Source of the DNA: Squalus acanthias
Taxonomy: Eukaryota
Reading direction: 5' to 3'
Assembly: GCA_030390025.1 (NCBI GenBank)
Contig: CM059447.1
Span: 48,794,001 to 48,858,000, forward strand
Length of the DNA stretch: 64,000 nt
Shown: positions 63,310 through 64,000 of the stretch, piece by piece
Layout of the letters: each line of letters starts with the position of its first letter
Numbering within the stretch: the first letter of the stretch is position 1
Program-made: the position numbers and the translations under genes
Notes under the pieces: generated by a model
Databases searched by the model: none
Told to the model about the DNA's origin: nothing
Seen by the model: only the letters and a program-made list of their open reading frames with translations

Positions 63310-64000
63310 AACTCTCCCTCACCACCACCTCTCTCGACCCATCCACTGTCTCTAAATTGTCGCACTGCTTGTCCGGCATCCAGCACTGGATAAGCAGAAA
63401 TTTACTCCAAATAAATATTGGGAAGACCGAAGCCATTGCCTTTGGTCCCCGCCACGAATTCCGCTCCCTCGCCATGGACTCCATCCCTCTCCCTGGCTGA
63501 ACCAGACTGTTCACAATCTTGTTGTCATATCTGACCCTGAGATTATCTTCCGACCACATATCTGCACCATAACAAAGACCGCCTATTTCTACCTCCGTAA
63601 CATCGCCCATCTCCGCCCTTGCCTCAGCTTATCTGCTGCTGCAACCCTCATCCGTGCCTTTGTTACCTCTAGACTTGAATATCCCAAAGCACTCCTGGCC
63701 GGCCGACCACTTTCTACACTCCGTAAACTTGAGTTCATCCAAAATGCGGCTGCCCGTGTCCTAACCCGCACCAAGACCTGTTCAATGATCACCCCTGTGC
63801 TCGCTGACCTACATTGGCTCCCGGTTAAGCAACACCTCGATTTTAAATTTCTCACCTTTGTTTTCAAATTCCGCCATGGCCTCGCTCCTCCCCATCTCTG
63901 TAATCTCATTCAGCCCCACAATGCTCTGAGATATCTGCGCATCTCTAATTCTGGCCTATTGAACATCCCCAATTATAATCTGTCAACCATTGCCGGCCGT
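63310..64000 (+). mobile_element. L2 LINE fragment (paralogue of 50775-51695), runs off the window
   Basis: LSLTTTSLDPSTVSKLSHCLSGIQHWISRNLLQINIGKTEAIAFG. Confidence 0.8.

Overview
Eukaryotic genomic DNA from a cartilaginous fish (shark), judged from HE1/V-SINEs, SacSINE1-like Deu-domain SINEs, shark-type CR1/L2 LINEs and clustered type I Ig light-chain genes. A 200-N scaffold gap (46221-46420) splits the window into two unlike halves. The left half is GC-rich and saturated with minisatellites. It holds a complete 3-exon MSMP gene (+), the large coding exon of a divergent LINGO gene (+, probably LINGO4) and the last exon of a COUP-TF/NR2F gene (-, probably NR2F5) whose other exons are absent. 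It also carries an RTE LINE with a solo-LTR-like insertion. The right half is a tandem array (period ~12.5 kb) of immunoglobulin light-chain type I (NS5/sigma-cart) clusters with germline-joined VJ exons. One L-VJ-C cluster is complete; a second intact L-VJ has lost its C exon to a ~10 kb deletion. The most notable observation is that the two germline VJ paralogues differ almost only in the CDRs, mostly by runs of 2-5 adjacent substitutions, which resembles shark somatic hypermutation. Most long ORFs in the track are translations of tandem repeats.
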